Assembly: GCA_030704615.1 (NCBI GenBank)
Contig: CM060733.1
Coordinates: 41,974,001-42,038,000 of the forward strand
Source: Takakia lepidozioides
Lineage: Eukaryota > Plantae > Bryophyta
DNA length: 64,000 nucleotides
Direction of reading: 5' to 3'
Shown here piece after piece: positions 51,013 through 62,900 of this stretch; within the stretch, counting starts at the first letter, position 1; the number at the start of each line of letters is the position of its first letter. The notes below the pieces were generated by a model. The model did not search any database. It was not told the origin of the DNA and saw only the letters and a list, made by a program, of their open reading frames with translations. The position numbers were made by a program, and so were the translations under genes.

Positions 51013-54000
51013 TCACTGGTCCCCGGGATCCATATTCAGAAGAGTGTGAACCTCCTGGGGGCTCAACCCTGGTGCATGTATGAAGTGATGAGTTGTGGAA
51101 TTACAAACGGAGTCTCTTTAGGTACACGTTAGTACAAATGCTTGTCGGGCAGTATGATGCCCCTTGTTCGCCATGATCTGGAAGTCGGTGCAATTGCAGG
51201 TGGGTAATCTGAAATGTGATGGTGTACACCTCATTGCGAACAGCTGAGCCTACCGTGGCCATCTGATACACACGCCCGAATCCTGGTGGGGGCACTTCTG
51301 TCGAGCTTTGGATTGTACAGTTCATCATCCGAAGTGCATTCCCCCATCCTTGTCTCGTTCACTTTTGAGGGAGGGGGGTCGCCGCCTCTTCGGTTTCCCC
51401 CAACGGTGTGTAGGATGCTAAGAGTTGTCGTGTCCCATTGTTCTTGCTCTCACAGGGGTCGGTGGTGGAGGCCGTGGAAGCGGAAATGGTTGTCTGGGGA
51501 CGTCAGTGCGCTGCACCATCCGAAATCCTGCGGCGGTAAGGCGTCGGCCTCAATCTGACTCAGATCGCAGCCTCGTTCCCACCGGCCCACACCGTGGAGC
51601 CTCTGGCATTGTTTGTATGCCATACTTGGGCTTTCCATACACGCAAGTCCATAATGTCGTGCCTGCAGAACCAGAACTGGGTGGTTGTCGCCTCCGCAAA
51701 CTTTGCATGGACAAATCTTCCTGTAAAAGTAGGAGCAGGGACAGCCCCATCTGGATTCCTCCTTATCATCTCTAAACAACGTTGCCGTGTATCCACACGA
51801 ATTGCGAACACCTTCCTCGAAACGACGGCTTTGTGCGAGCAATTCTCCACTGTGATGCAGACACAGTCGTCTCCACAATGGCTTGGCATACTGCACAGCG
51901 GGCGGAATCTGGGGCAAGGGAGCGGTGGGAATTTCTCGCACGAAATCCCCGGTTGAAGGCGACGCGATCTGGAATTTCTTGGGCTTCCACTGCTGGAAGA
52001 CCACATTGTGCGGCAACATGACGGGACCTCGAGGTGCTTGTCCGAATGTTCCTGTCGGATCTCCAGGAATCCTCTTCGCACCCCGGTTCCTCTTTCAATC
52101 CTCCGACTGACAGGGCGAGTCCGGACGTCCCCCTCAGGTGTCCACCTCTGCGGTGCAGAGGCGTCCCTTTGATCTTCTCTCGCAATGCTGTCGCCCTTTT
52201 ATGTGGATTCTTGGACCTCGAAGCTGTTCGTACCAACAATTCCTCCCTGTCCGGCCCAAGCCCCATTGTTTGCCGCCAGGAACTTGTAGTACGTGGCTTG
52301 CTGCATGATTGCTCTATCGATTCCTCCGTTGTGGCCGTCACTACGTCCACCAGATGTGCGGCAGAAGACGCTCGCCAGGAGGAGTGGACCGATTCTGCCA
52401 TATTCGTGTTCGGCATGTCCGTGTCGAATCCAAGCACCGCTCCTAGAAGGACACAAACATGGTGAGGGACCATCGAAATTTCCGTAACAGAAAGACAAAT
52501 GAACGAAATTGACAGCAGCCTACCTCCCGCATGTACTTCCGAACTGTCGATACCCAAAATGCCACCACCCCAACCAGCTGTGCAATGCTCCCAGATTGTT
52601 TGTCTCCACTGCACCTGACGTGTTCCACCAAGCCTCGATGATAGCAAACTTAACCTCCGCGTCATCAAATGTGGGTGCATCCTTCCACGCCGTACAAAGG
52701 ACACGGTGTTTCAGCCTGGAATGAGCTAGCAACAAATTTGGTAGTGTAGTGGGATAGATTCTGCATCCAATGGAATCCACAGATCTCTCTTTCCCCTCCA
52801 TTGGAAATGGGGTCCTCACCTACACACTCCGCACCGCTCGCCCAGTTGGCCTGAGCGTTGTCTGCCATGAATCCCCTGAAATTGGGGCTCTGGCAATCCC
52901 GCCCTTGCCATCTGCTGGTTTATGCCCTCCCACAGATGCATTTCGGACTGTGTGTCCTCCCCTTTCATCTCGCAGATTGCAATCGTCTTGAGCCTCTTGA
53001 GTGATAGTCATAAACATGCGCACCCATAGTCACCCACTGATGGTTTGTAATTCGCTTGATGTGATCAAACATCACCCAAGCATTCGACAAGTTTCCAGTT
53101 GTCATGCGAGTGACCAATTCGACTTCCACTCCCAGGCCCACACGTCGACATTTGAAAATGTAACAACGATCGGATTCGCTGCCTTGCCCTGGAAACTGCT
53201 ACCTTGGAATGTAGCTATCCGTCATTCGTTTCACACCCTCCAGGATTGAGTACATGTCCGACCCCTGCCGAACTCCTGCTTGCAAGATACGATGTGATTC
53301 CGCACATTCGGACTACAAACGTGCGAGACGGACTCCAAGAGGTCACGCATCTCGTCTTCGGTCAGGGCTTCTCTGTCGGAACCATCTTCAGACATGATTT
53401 TGCCAAGAGCAATCTTGTGGGCTGCCTTCAGCTGAATCTGCTTTGGTCTGGCTCCGGGGCTCACAATTTCACCTCCTCTTTTATGATGTCGTGTGCTTCC
53501 CTGCACAGCCTCACGCATGTTGCCTCTCGCCAAGGGGTGGCAGTGGACCCCACGTGTATGCAAGCTCTAGTCAAGTCCGGGAGCAAATGGATTACGTAAT
53601 ATTGCTTGGCTCTGCACATGGACATGCACGTCGGTGGTTCTTTTGCAATGTGCACACTTGAAAGACCCGCAGGAGCTTGGCTGGAGACAATGAATGGATG
53701 ATGCGTTGTGCCAGTCCAATCCATCTCGTTTCTCCTCCTCCCTCCTTGGAGAGAAAGTGGAAGCAGGTGGGATTGAGGCACCTCAGCTTCCCCGCACAGA
53801 GGACATATCGTACACGAACACCATCAGCAATTTTTCGTGCTACTGGTCTTCGTCACACACCAGGGGTGTCCGTCATGCTTTCGATCCATGTCTGTTAACA
53901 TCCCGGAGGCTTTGTTTGACGAAGAAACAGTGGAAACTCGAAGATGACATTGCCATCGACTTCGGGAGGCAGAAACGTTACCTTTCTGACTGGGAATTTG

Positions 54001-54950
54001 GCATAGTCGAGAGCAGCCAGCTCGGAGCGAGAACCATCGAGGTGATGTTGTCGTAGGAGCTGCACAATGGACCCGGGTTGGAGTTATGCTCGAGGGCACA
54101 TGCGTAGCACCTACAGAGACGTCCATGCCGGATTTGAACGACCGTGTGGAGGACATGGTACCTCAATGCATCATCTTCCTCGTCGAAATGTCGAATACGT
54201 CCACACGAGAAGCTATGGAGGGTCCTTGACGGTCCAGGTCGGGAATGATTATCGTTGCATACCTCTCTGTTGGCAGTGGCCGCCTCTCGGTTTCCCGGAC
54301 TCCTTTGTGGATGGTGTGGGCAGCGACTGATTCGGAAAGGGAATGGCATTCCCACACAGCTCGGTAACAGGATGGTGTCTGACGGGGAACTTGCCATTCG
54401 ATTCCGCAACCCTCCGTCGTTACCTTAGCACAACAATGGTCTCGTCAACCTGTCCAGGAACATCCTTCCTTTCTTCTTCTTCTCCAAATAAACTGTGCCG
54501 GTTTGAGCTTGAATTTGGAACAAAGGTAAGTTTTCAGTCACTCTGCAAAGTCCTCCCTCGTTTTGGGATCCAGGCTCTCCCAAGTTGCGGAGGACAGCAA
54601 ACTATAGCGTAGGAATTCGGAGCCATCGAACACCGCACGGAGTTGGCAAGTGCGAGGTTCATATAGCGACAACCAAGGCTCACATGCACCATGCGGAGTC
54701 CATCGACGATTGGAAGTCGCACATTGAAGTAGAAGTATTTTTTCAAGCTACATCATGAAGTTGGGAGGTGTGATTCCATAGCCAGTAAGTATGACATAAA
54801 ATGGCCGATTCGGCGACGAAATAACATCTCCTGACAGTTTCTCCTGAGAGTGGATCCAGCAGTATTCTCGGTGCAGACAGGAACCGTTCGCACTAACAAG
54901 TGCCAGTACTGTTGTTTAAAACGGTCAGACAACCAAGTTGTGCTCATCAA
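51013..54950 (-). CDS. MULE-like DDE transposase 2, paralog of 1, with a probable long N-terminal extension; frameshifted in this assembly
   Basis: VTFLPPEVDGNVIFEFP..MDRKHDGHPWCVTKTS..CA-GKLRCLNPTC; WVMFDHIKR (D1); GFMADNAQANW (D2); REICGFHW; intron ~52443-52523; PNTNMAESVHSSW (E); PAPTFTG; SWIM TCNCTDF...KHLY. Assignment of 54.0-54.95 kb to this gene is uncertain. Confidence 0.8.
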
Positions 54951-55063
54951 GACTGGCCGCAATTGTGTGTTGTTTCGGAACAATGCAACCCATTCAGGTT
55001 CAGCATGCAGAAATGAGGTTTCCAGATTTTCCCGTCCCGAGTGATTCTTTTCGATTGCTGCTG

Positions 55064-57522
55064 GACGGAAATACGGCGCCCGCATTTCTGTATTGCATCT
55101 TGGTCATGCACCAGAGCGACGGAAATGCGGCCCGAGTTTCCGTCCGGGGAGACCTTTATACTCTCCAGAACGGAAATGCGGTAACGCATTTCCATCCACA
55201 AGCACGGTATGTGAAGGTGGTACGGAAATGCGGTACCGCATTTCCGTTCAGTACCGCATTTTCGTTCTGATTGAGAATTATGAACAACGGGAACAGAAAT
55301 GCGGCATCGCATTTCCGTCACAGTCGCACCTTCCGACATACCAGAACAGAAATACAGCGCAACATTTCCGTTTTATATCTGACGCATGGAGCTGAGGGAT
55401 AGAAATGATGCACCACATAATCCGTCCTCACAAGACATTCATACTCTCCAGAACGGAAATGCGGTAACGCATTTCCATCCAACTCAAGCACGGTATGTGA
55501 AGGTGGAACGGAAATGCGGTACCGCATTTCCGTTCTGATTGAGAATTATGAACAACGGGAACAGAAATGCGGCACCGCATTTCCGTCCGAGTCGCACTTT
55601 CCGACATTCCAGAACGGAATGCGGCGCCGCATTTCCATTTTGTATCTGATGCATGGAGCCGAGTGCAATTCCGACCGCTTGAGACATTCATACTATCCAG
55701 ACATTCATACTATCTGACTGAGAATCGTGAACCATCGGAACTGAAATGCGGCAGTGCATTTTCATCCGAGTCGCACCTCCCAACATTCCATAACGCAAAT
55801 GCGGCCCGCATTTCCGTTCTAATGAAAAATTGTGAAACAGCGAACTGAATGCGGTACCCATTTCCGTCGGAGTCGCACCTTCCGACATTCCAAAACGGAA
55901 ATGCGGCGCCACATTCCATTTTGTATGTGAGGCATGGAGCTGTGGAACGAAAATGCGGCACCGCATTTCCGCCAGGGTCAGACCTTAATACTCCTACAGA
56001 ACGGAAATGCGCTAACTGCATTTCCGTTCTGGCTGAAATCGTGAACAATGGACCGAAATGCGGCACCGCATTTCCGTCCGAGTCACACCTTCCGACATTC
56101 TATAACGGAAATGCGGCGCCGCATTTCCGTTTTGTATATGAGGCCTGGAGCTGTGGGACGGAAATGTGGTGCCGCATTTCCATCCATGTGAGACCTTCAA
56201 ACTTTCCAGACCGGAAATGCGGCACCGCATTTCTGTTCAGGTGGAGACCTCTATACTTTCCCGAACGGAAATGTGGCACGGCATTTCCGTTCATCAACTA
56301 AGGTATGTGAAGGGGGAACGGCAATGCGGTAAACCGTATTTCCGTTCAGATTGAAAATCATGAACCACGGGAACTGAATTTTGTGCCGCATTTCCGTCGG
56401 AATCGCACCTTTCGACATTCCAGAACGGAAATGCGGCGCCGCATTTCCCTTGTATCTCACATATGGAGCTGTGGGACGGAAATTCGGGCTCCCTATTTCC
56501 GTTCAACAACTAAGGTATGTGAAGGGGGAACGGAAATGCAGTACCGCATTTCCGTTCAGATTGAAAATCATGAACCACGGGAATTGAAATGTTGTGCCGC
56601 ATTTCCGTCCGAATCGCACCTTTCGACATTCCAGAACGGAAATGTGGCGCCGAATTTCCCCTTTGTATCTCATACATGGAGATGTGGGACTGAAATGCGG
56701 CACTGTATTTCCGTTCAACAACTAAGGTATGTGAAGGTGGAACGGAAATGCGGTGCCGCATTTTCTTCCAACAAGTACGGATGTGTAGCTTCGTGATGGT
56801 ACTTAACGAAATGCGGCGCCGCATTCGCATTTTCACTCCAACTCATCAGACGCTGGGACGAAATGCCTTGAAATGTGAACACGTGGAGCAACGGAATTGC
56901 GGCACATGTCTGTACTCTATTTGACTGAAGTGGCATGAGGCGGCGCGGCCTGACCGTTGGATATGATGTTTGTTTTTTTTCAGACGGCAGGCGTACCCTG
57001 AACGATTCGAATTTCGTAATGACGCAAAGTCCACGAGGAGACACTTTCGTCCAACCCTTTCGAACCAAAGTGGTGCATCACCGCCGTTTCATCTACTTTC
57101 ATCTACAAAAATTGGCACCGCATTCCATTGTCAAAAAAAAATCGATGACGGACATGGAAATGCGGCGCCGCATTTCCAGAACGGACATCGCAATTTGTCC
57201 ATTTGCAGTCCCTCTCACGGAAATGCGGTACGCATTCCATCGCGTTGGTCGGAAATGTCACAACTTTTCGAAGTGTTGGACGGAAATGCGGCACCGCATT
57301 TCCTTGTCCAAAAGAAGTTTCCATTGCCAAGCTGGAAATGCGTCGCCGCATTGCAATGCCAACCTCGTTGTCTGTCCAATTTATAGACCCGTGTTGGTAT
57401 TTCGTGTACCCACCGCTTCCATTGTCCGACACTGAAATGTGGTTCATACATTTCCATGTCGGCATTGAAATGCAGCACCGCATTTCGATGCCGACATGGA
57501 AATGCGGTGCCACATTTCAATG
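55064..57522. repeat. Array of ~40 copies of the 26-bp palindrome ACGGAAATGCGGCGCCGCATTTCCGT, ~53-bp period, higher-order spacer structure
   Basis: A perfect copy lies at 56105-56130. About 32 copies are spaced mostly 52-54 bp between 55064 and 56765, with looser copies to 57520. About five spacer classes recur in order. Confidence 0.95.
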
Positions 57523-57772
57523 TCCGACATGGCGTTACTCTGCTATATTCTTGACACATGACTCTCATACCGGTTACTCTGTATATTCATCCGACAGACA
57601 AATTGTAGAAATGATACATCAAATTGTAAACAGTGGGCCAATTCCGACAGTTATTCAACAGAATGAAACACAATCATACAGAAGTGAGGTACGATGGGTT
57701 TATTGATCGGACACGATGTCTCACATTTACCAACTGCAGACAAACTAAGCCCTTCCTCCTTCTACATGGGCT

Positions 57773-58558
57773 TCACCAAGTCGACGGAACTTCGATACCC
57801 CTCAAAACAAGCTCATTACTGCTGCGGCACCTCGAGGTAAACTGCAATTCGGTCGTTCTGCTGCCCTTGCTGGAGCCGACGACAATGTCATGTCCATCAA
57901 TGATACCACCATCATACATTGACAAGGTCACTGTGGGCCTCATGTGCCCGTGCGATTCGTCTTCGCAACTCAGCCGAATGTCTCCATACACTGGAAGAGC
58001 GGAGTGATCTGCACGTATATAGTTTCCCCGGTGCCGTCCTCCGTGGTCCACTGGCAGCAGTTCCAGCGCCAAAGCGTGGCCGTGCGTGATCTGTCCGACA
58101 TCCCTTTCCAGCTTGGTATATCGAGGTCAACAATTTTCAGGACCCACGGACCGCATTGACCCTCGCCCTCACCTCGCTCAAAGCGGTAATAGCCCTCCAG
58201 ATACTCCATTGCGCGCAAAGACTCTTGCTTGATTCCAGCAGCGTCTGTGAAAACAGAGAGCCAGACAATGATGTCTCCTGATTCTGGTTTGAACATAGCA
58301 TAATCGTGGGCATGATAAGGGCAGTCGGCTGGATTTTGGCGGCACGGCATCCTTGAAAAAGAGTAGCGGAGTACGCTCAATGACAGCAGCTCCCGGATGG
58401 AGGAGGAGCAGCGTGGTGGCTGGAAAAAGTTCAAGCTAACGTTGCAATTCCTCACAAACACTCCAGGGCACATTTAAATTTCCCCCCTACAGGATCCTGG
58501 ACCGATGAAGATTGGCCTGCTGCATGAATGTAGCCGTTTCAGTTTCCTACCCTGCCAT
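57773..58558 (-). CDS. Hypothetical protein A (~260 aa, paralog of B); frameshifted
   Basis: RKL-NGYIH...FSRMPCRQNPADCPYHAHDYAMFKPESGDIIVW...EYLEGYYRFERG...LKIVDLDIPSWKG...ALELLPVDHGGRHR...PVYGDIRLS...YDGGIIDGHDIVV...LVLRGIEVP. Confidence 0.7.
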
Positions 58559-58700
58559 GCAAACTATGGGCAGTCATTGCCAGGTGGGCCGATAGCCACT
58601 GGACACGACGAAGTCCATCCCCTCTTCGATGTAAATGCGGCGCCGAATTTCCATCCGGGGGGATGGACTTCGGTGGCAGATCTCAAACTATAACTTGTTG

Positions 58701-59481
58701 ATGAGAAAGATGTATGGGTTCATCCACCGCTGGCGTGATGAACACGTTCCACCTCCGTCGGTGGGTACGTGGGACCCAGATGCTCCATTGTTGGAGGCCG
58801 GACTACTCTTCCGCTTCGCATCATTTCCAAAATCTAAGGGCTTCGTAGCTGTCCGCAAGGTCATTGTCACCGGCATCCAAGTGGTCCTCAAGTCCTCGTT
58901 TGCAAGGATGCCGTGCTTCTGGAACCGGGACGACTGCCCATTTGGAGGCATCGATTATGCAATGTATTCGGCCACATCGGGAGACATTGTTATCTGGTAC
59001 ACAGATTACAGAGAAGATACTGTTCGATTGTGGAAACATTGGTGGCTTTTGAGTATATCCTAGGCCAATACGCCTTCGAGCGGGGTGACGATCTTGGTCT
59101 GAGGAGTCTGCGGCTCCTGCGCATCCTCGATTCCGATTTTCCCAGCTACGACGGTCACCCATGCAGAAGAAGACGCACTGCTATGCTGTTGCGGTGGAAC
59201 TGCTGCCACTGGACGTGGGTGGACTCCATCGGAGAGACCTATTCTCCTGAAGGACTCCTGAAGGAGTGCGCTCCTCTTCTCCATTGTATGGGGACATTCG
59301 CATTAGTGTGGACGACAAAAACGTGAAGATTTCCATATTCGATGGTGGTATGATTGAAGGGCAGGACATTGTGGTAAACATCACTAGGGGCGGTACAACG
59401 GCTGCAATCGACTTTACCTGGAGGAGCCCCATAACTCATAAGCTAGTTCTGAGAGCAGTTGAAGTCCCATTGACAACGTGA
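58701..59481 (+). CDS. Hypothetical protein B (~260 aa, paralog of A); frameshifted
   Basis: MRKMYGFIH...FARMPCFWNRDDCPFGGIDYAMYSATSGDIVIW...EYILGQYAFERG...LRILDSDFPSYDG...AVELLPLDVGGLHR...PLYGDIRIS...FDGGMIEGQDIVV...LVLRAVEVP*. Confidence 0.7.
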
Positions 59482-59861
59482 CTTGTATTCAGTAGGCACA
59501 GGGCTAAAGATTTGATTGCACAATCAGCACAGTAGACGTGCTTCAAATGCAATTCATGTGGATCAATAAAAACCTCATTGTGCCCTCTTTTTATTCTATT
59601 CTGTGTCCATCGTTCTGAGAATGCGTCATTGCTCATTTCGTTTGGGATTGGGAGTGTGGGTGGATTTTGCAAGTGGCTGGTAGGCTGAAATGGGCCCCCA
59701 TTGTACAGAGCAGTACCACCCTTCCATTCGCGAAACATTGCCTTTCAATATATAATTCTAAATAACATTGCCGAACCTCCTTCATCGGGAGGTCCTTCTC
59801 CCCCTATGACCGTGGCACCCTAAACCCTATTCCCGCGGACACTCATTTCCGGAAAATAGTG

Positions 59862-59935
59862 CTGCTCATGTTTTTTTCCACACTTACGACTCTGCTCATG
59901 GCTCATGCCGCTCATGGCTCATGGCTCATGAAATA
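59862..59935 (+). promoter_or_regulatory. (GCTCATG)n cluster ending GCTCATGAAATAG at the start of the ParB-MTase gene
   Basis: CTGCTCATGGCTCATGCCGCTCATGGCTCATGGCTCATGAAATAG; inverted counterpart of 50193-50232. Confidence 0.55.
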
Positions 59936-62900
59936 GCAGCCCCCGCAAACAGGCCCCAGAGTGCAGCTCCAGTTGAGGATGCTCCAGCTGCTCAGCCACT
60001 ACCGGCACCTACAGACATGTCTCGGAGGATTTCAAAAGTGCAGCGGATAAAATGTTGGAGGAGACACACAGTAGCATTAGCAGAGTTCTGGGCAGCAGGG
60101 TATTCCAGCGGACTCTTTGAATCCCACTCTGTCGCATGGTCTCCCTTCCCATCGTCAGGCAGGCCCTTCCCGGAGATGTGGATAAGCTGAAGTTCGCATT
60201 TCGAGAAGTGTACCGTCTGGGATCGGCAGCGTTTTACGTTTCCATTGAGAATGAGGACGGCGAAACTCGTGGACCCACTGCCGATGAATTGTCAACGTGG
60301 GATACCCACTGGCACACTCGCAACGACGAATTCGAGGCGACGCTAAAGGGTGATCCCGACTTCGGCCATATGTCGGGTAAAATGTTCTTTGTGTGGGACG
60401 GGAATCACCGACTTCTTGCCTGGTGGGAGTACATCAAGCAGAACCATGCCAAGCACATTTGCTGGCATTACATGGTGGAGTGTGTCATCCTCAAGGTGAA
60501 GGCGGAAGACTCCTCCCTGCTCAAGAATGCCATGGCGGACCTCAACTCGTAAGATACTCATACCCTCCCTAGCACGTTCGAAATGCGGTGCCGCATTTCG
60601 GTTTCCATTCTGGTTTGTTTCCGTGCTTCCGTGTACTGAACTGGAGAGTGTGCCTTGCAGGGTCACTGAGAATGCGTACGTGCATACCCACATGGCACAT
60701 ATGCTGTACAGGGTGAGGAAAACTGGTCTCACTGATCCGCGGATGTTTGCGGAAATGCTGGAGCCCGAGCTCATTCAGAAAGCCGTTGCAAAAACAGACC
60801 GGACATGGTATCGTCTCACTATGGATGGAATGGTGGAGGTGATATACGAAGTAAGTCGTCCTCCAATTTCCCTCTGCTCATCCTTCCCCAATTTCCAGTA
60901 ATCTTTCCACATGAATCGAATGTAACGCTTCTGCATGTTTTTGTTGGCAGTCAAACATCAAGCTGGATTTGGCCCATGCCAAACGCTTCTTCATGGAAAG
61001 TGAGGGGCAGGTCAAAACGTTGCAGTCATTGACTGAGCACTTGAAGGAAGCCGGTGTCAAGTCCAGAACCAAATACAAGTCAAAGCTTGTGAAGCTGGTG
61101 GCAATTGCAGATCCGGCACTTGGAAAGGACTTCATCCCCGAGATTGCAAAACACTATTCTCGGGCCATGCTGCCGACCATGCAATTGAAGAAACTGCATC
61201 ACCTCTCAACGACATGTGTTGAGGCGAAAGAGAAGGTGAGGTTTCAATGCACTGAAGTTCCTTCCTAGCAATAGCCATTCTCTTCCAGCTCCTGACATTG
61301 GATCGGAAATGGCAGACACGGTGGCTGTCGATCTGGAATGCATCCGAGAGCATAAGGACAATGTGGTCTTTTTCACTCGAAGTTTCCGACCCTGCAGTGG
61401 ATGTGTGGCTCAACCGCATGACTTGGTGGTTCCAGGTAATTTAAGGTACTTCCCCATATTTGCTTTTCTGAAATGAATTCCCTAAACTGCTACGTGACAA
61501 TGCATTTGGGAATTGCAGGTAATGTCGAATGCGAAGGAGCAAGTCGTAATGCACACAAATTCGTTCGGCTTGTACGTCAAATGGGATGGAACACAGACAT
61601 TGGAAGACTACGTGACACGTTTCAGATGTGCGTACAAGGACAACCTCTTCGCCAGAGAGCTACAGACAGCAAGAAGGAGCGTGGAGTTTACACATCAGGA
61701 GGGAGCGGGGAAAGCTGCAATGCAAATTGTTTACAGGTGAAGCACAGCTGCCCTTGTATGCGAAGCCTGGTTACGAGGTTTGTCTCGGAAATGCGGCACC
61801 GCATTCGCATTTTATGTTTTCGGTGGCACTCTGCGAGTAGGTTGGTCTCAACTTTTGCTCACGCATGCTGACTGCCTTGCAGGTATATGAAATACGTGCT
61901 CCTTCAGACAGGGGCCCTGGCTCAAGGGCCCCCGATCTTCATGGCTTGGACCGTGGCGGGCCCAAGCTGTGTCTACACACCCGAGATGCAGAAACAATGG
62001 CATCCCGCGCATCTCGTTGGATGCCCGTGGTACCTGGATATGTCTGGCGGTATTCTTGACGAGTCTGAGAAAGATCTGCACGCCTTGGCAGAAGAGAAGA
62101 GAAACGAAAGACGTGTCCCTGCTGGGCCAAAGTCGGCAAAGGAATCTGCTGCTCTGGAAGAATCCAGAAAGGCAGCTGAGATGGCACAAAAGACGGTGGA
62201 TGCAGCTGTGCAGGCCCAACAGAAGGGGTCAAAGAAGAGGACTCGCCAGCAAGGAGCAGCTGTTGTGACACCCGCCAAAACGAAGAAGCAGAAACAGCCT
62301 GTTCAGGAAGAGGGTGAGGAAGAGGACTCCGATGGAGACTTTGCAACCAGCCCACCCCCCCAAACGCAGGCTGCCTCCCCTGTGCCCACCGTTGTCACGA
62401 GAGGCACGAAAACTGGCTCGGCAAAGAAGGCACTCTTCAACCCCCCAAGGGGCACCCTTTCGAGCCGGTGGAAATGAAGAGGCCGAAAGTGGCTCCCGAA
62501 ATAGTAGTCCAGTGTGTAAATGAGAGTTTCTTGGCGGCTTTGGATGGACGGGCAGCCAAGTTGGCATACATGAAGACCATGGAGGGTCTGAAGGGCAGAG
62601 CACTGAAGAAGGCGACTGCCGAAGAGCCTTCCGACACCCCAGGATTTCAGAATATGGTCTCGTTCTTTGAGAGGGTGTGTGCAGACAAGGATTGTAGGAG
62701 GGGCGGAAATGCCACCGAGTGGTCTTGCGATATGATCATCTTGGATATTCCGGATGGAGAGCCTGTGGAAGGACTGCAAGCTTTGCCATCTTGGAACAGG
62801 TACTCGGAGGACTTTTGGAAGAAAGGATTCGGGCTTGCCTGCATGGTGTTGGACGACAGAGGCTGTGTGGTTGTCCTAGCGAGCAGAGGAAAAAACACTC

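Noticed and set aside
55064-57522. CRISPR array
   Set aside because: Repeat and spacer sizes are CRISPR-like, but the spacers recur in a fixed higher-order pattern, the repeats are degenerate, no cas genes are present, and the context is intron-containing eukaryotic DNA.
54938-57706. Many overlapping ORFs with RKCGTAFP / EMRRRIS / GNAAPHF repeats
   Set aside because: These are translations of the palindrome in all six frames; there is no evidence of coding.
58060-59200. Conserved programmed frameshift in both orphan paralogs (near RTA..L)
   Set aside because: Both shifts are explained by loss of one base in a short run (TTT, GG), like many other indels nearby, and there is no shared slippery heptamer. 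Worth rechecking only if accurate reads confirm both.
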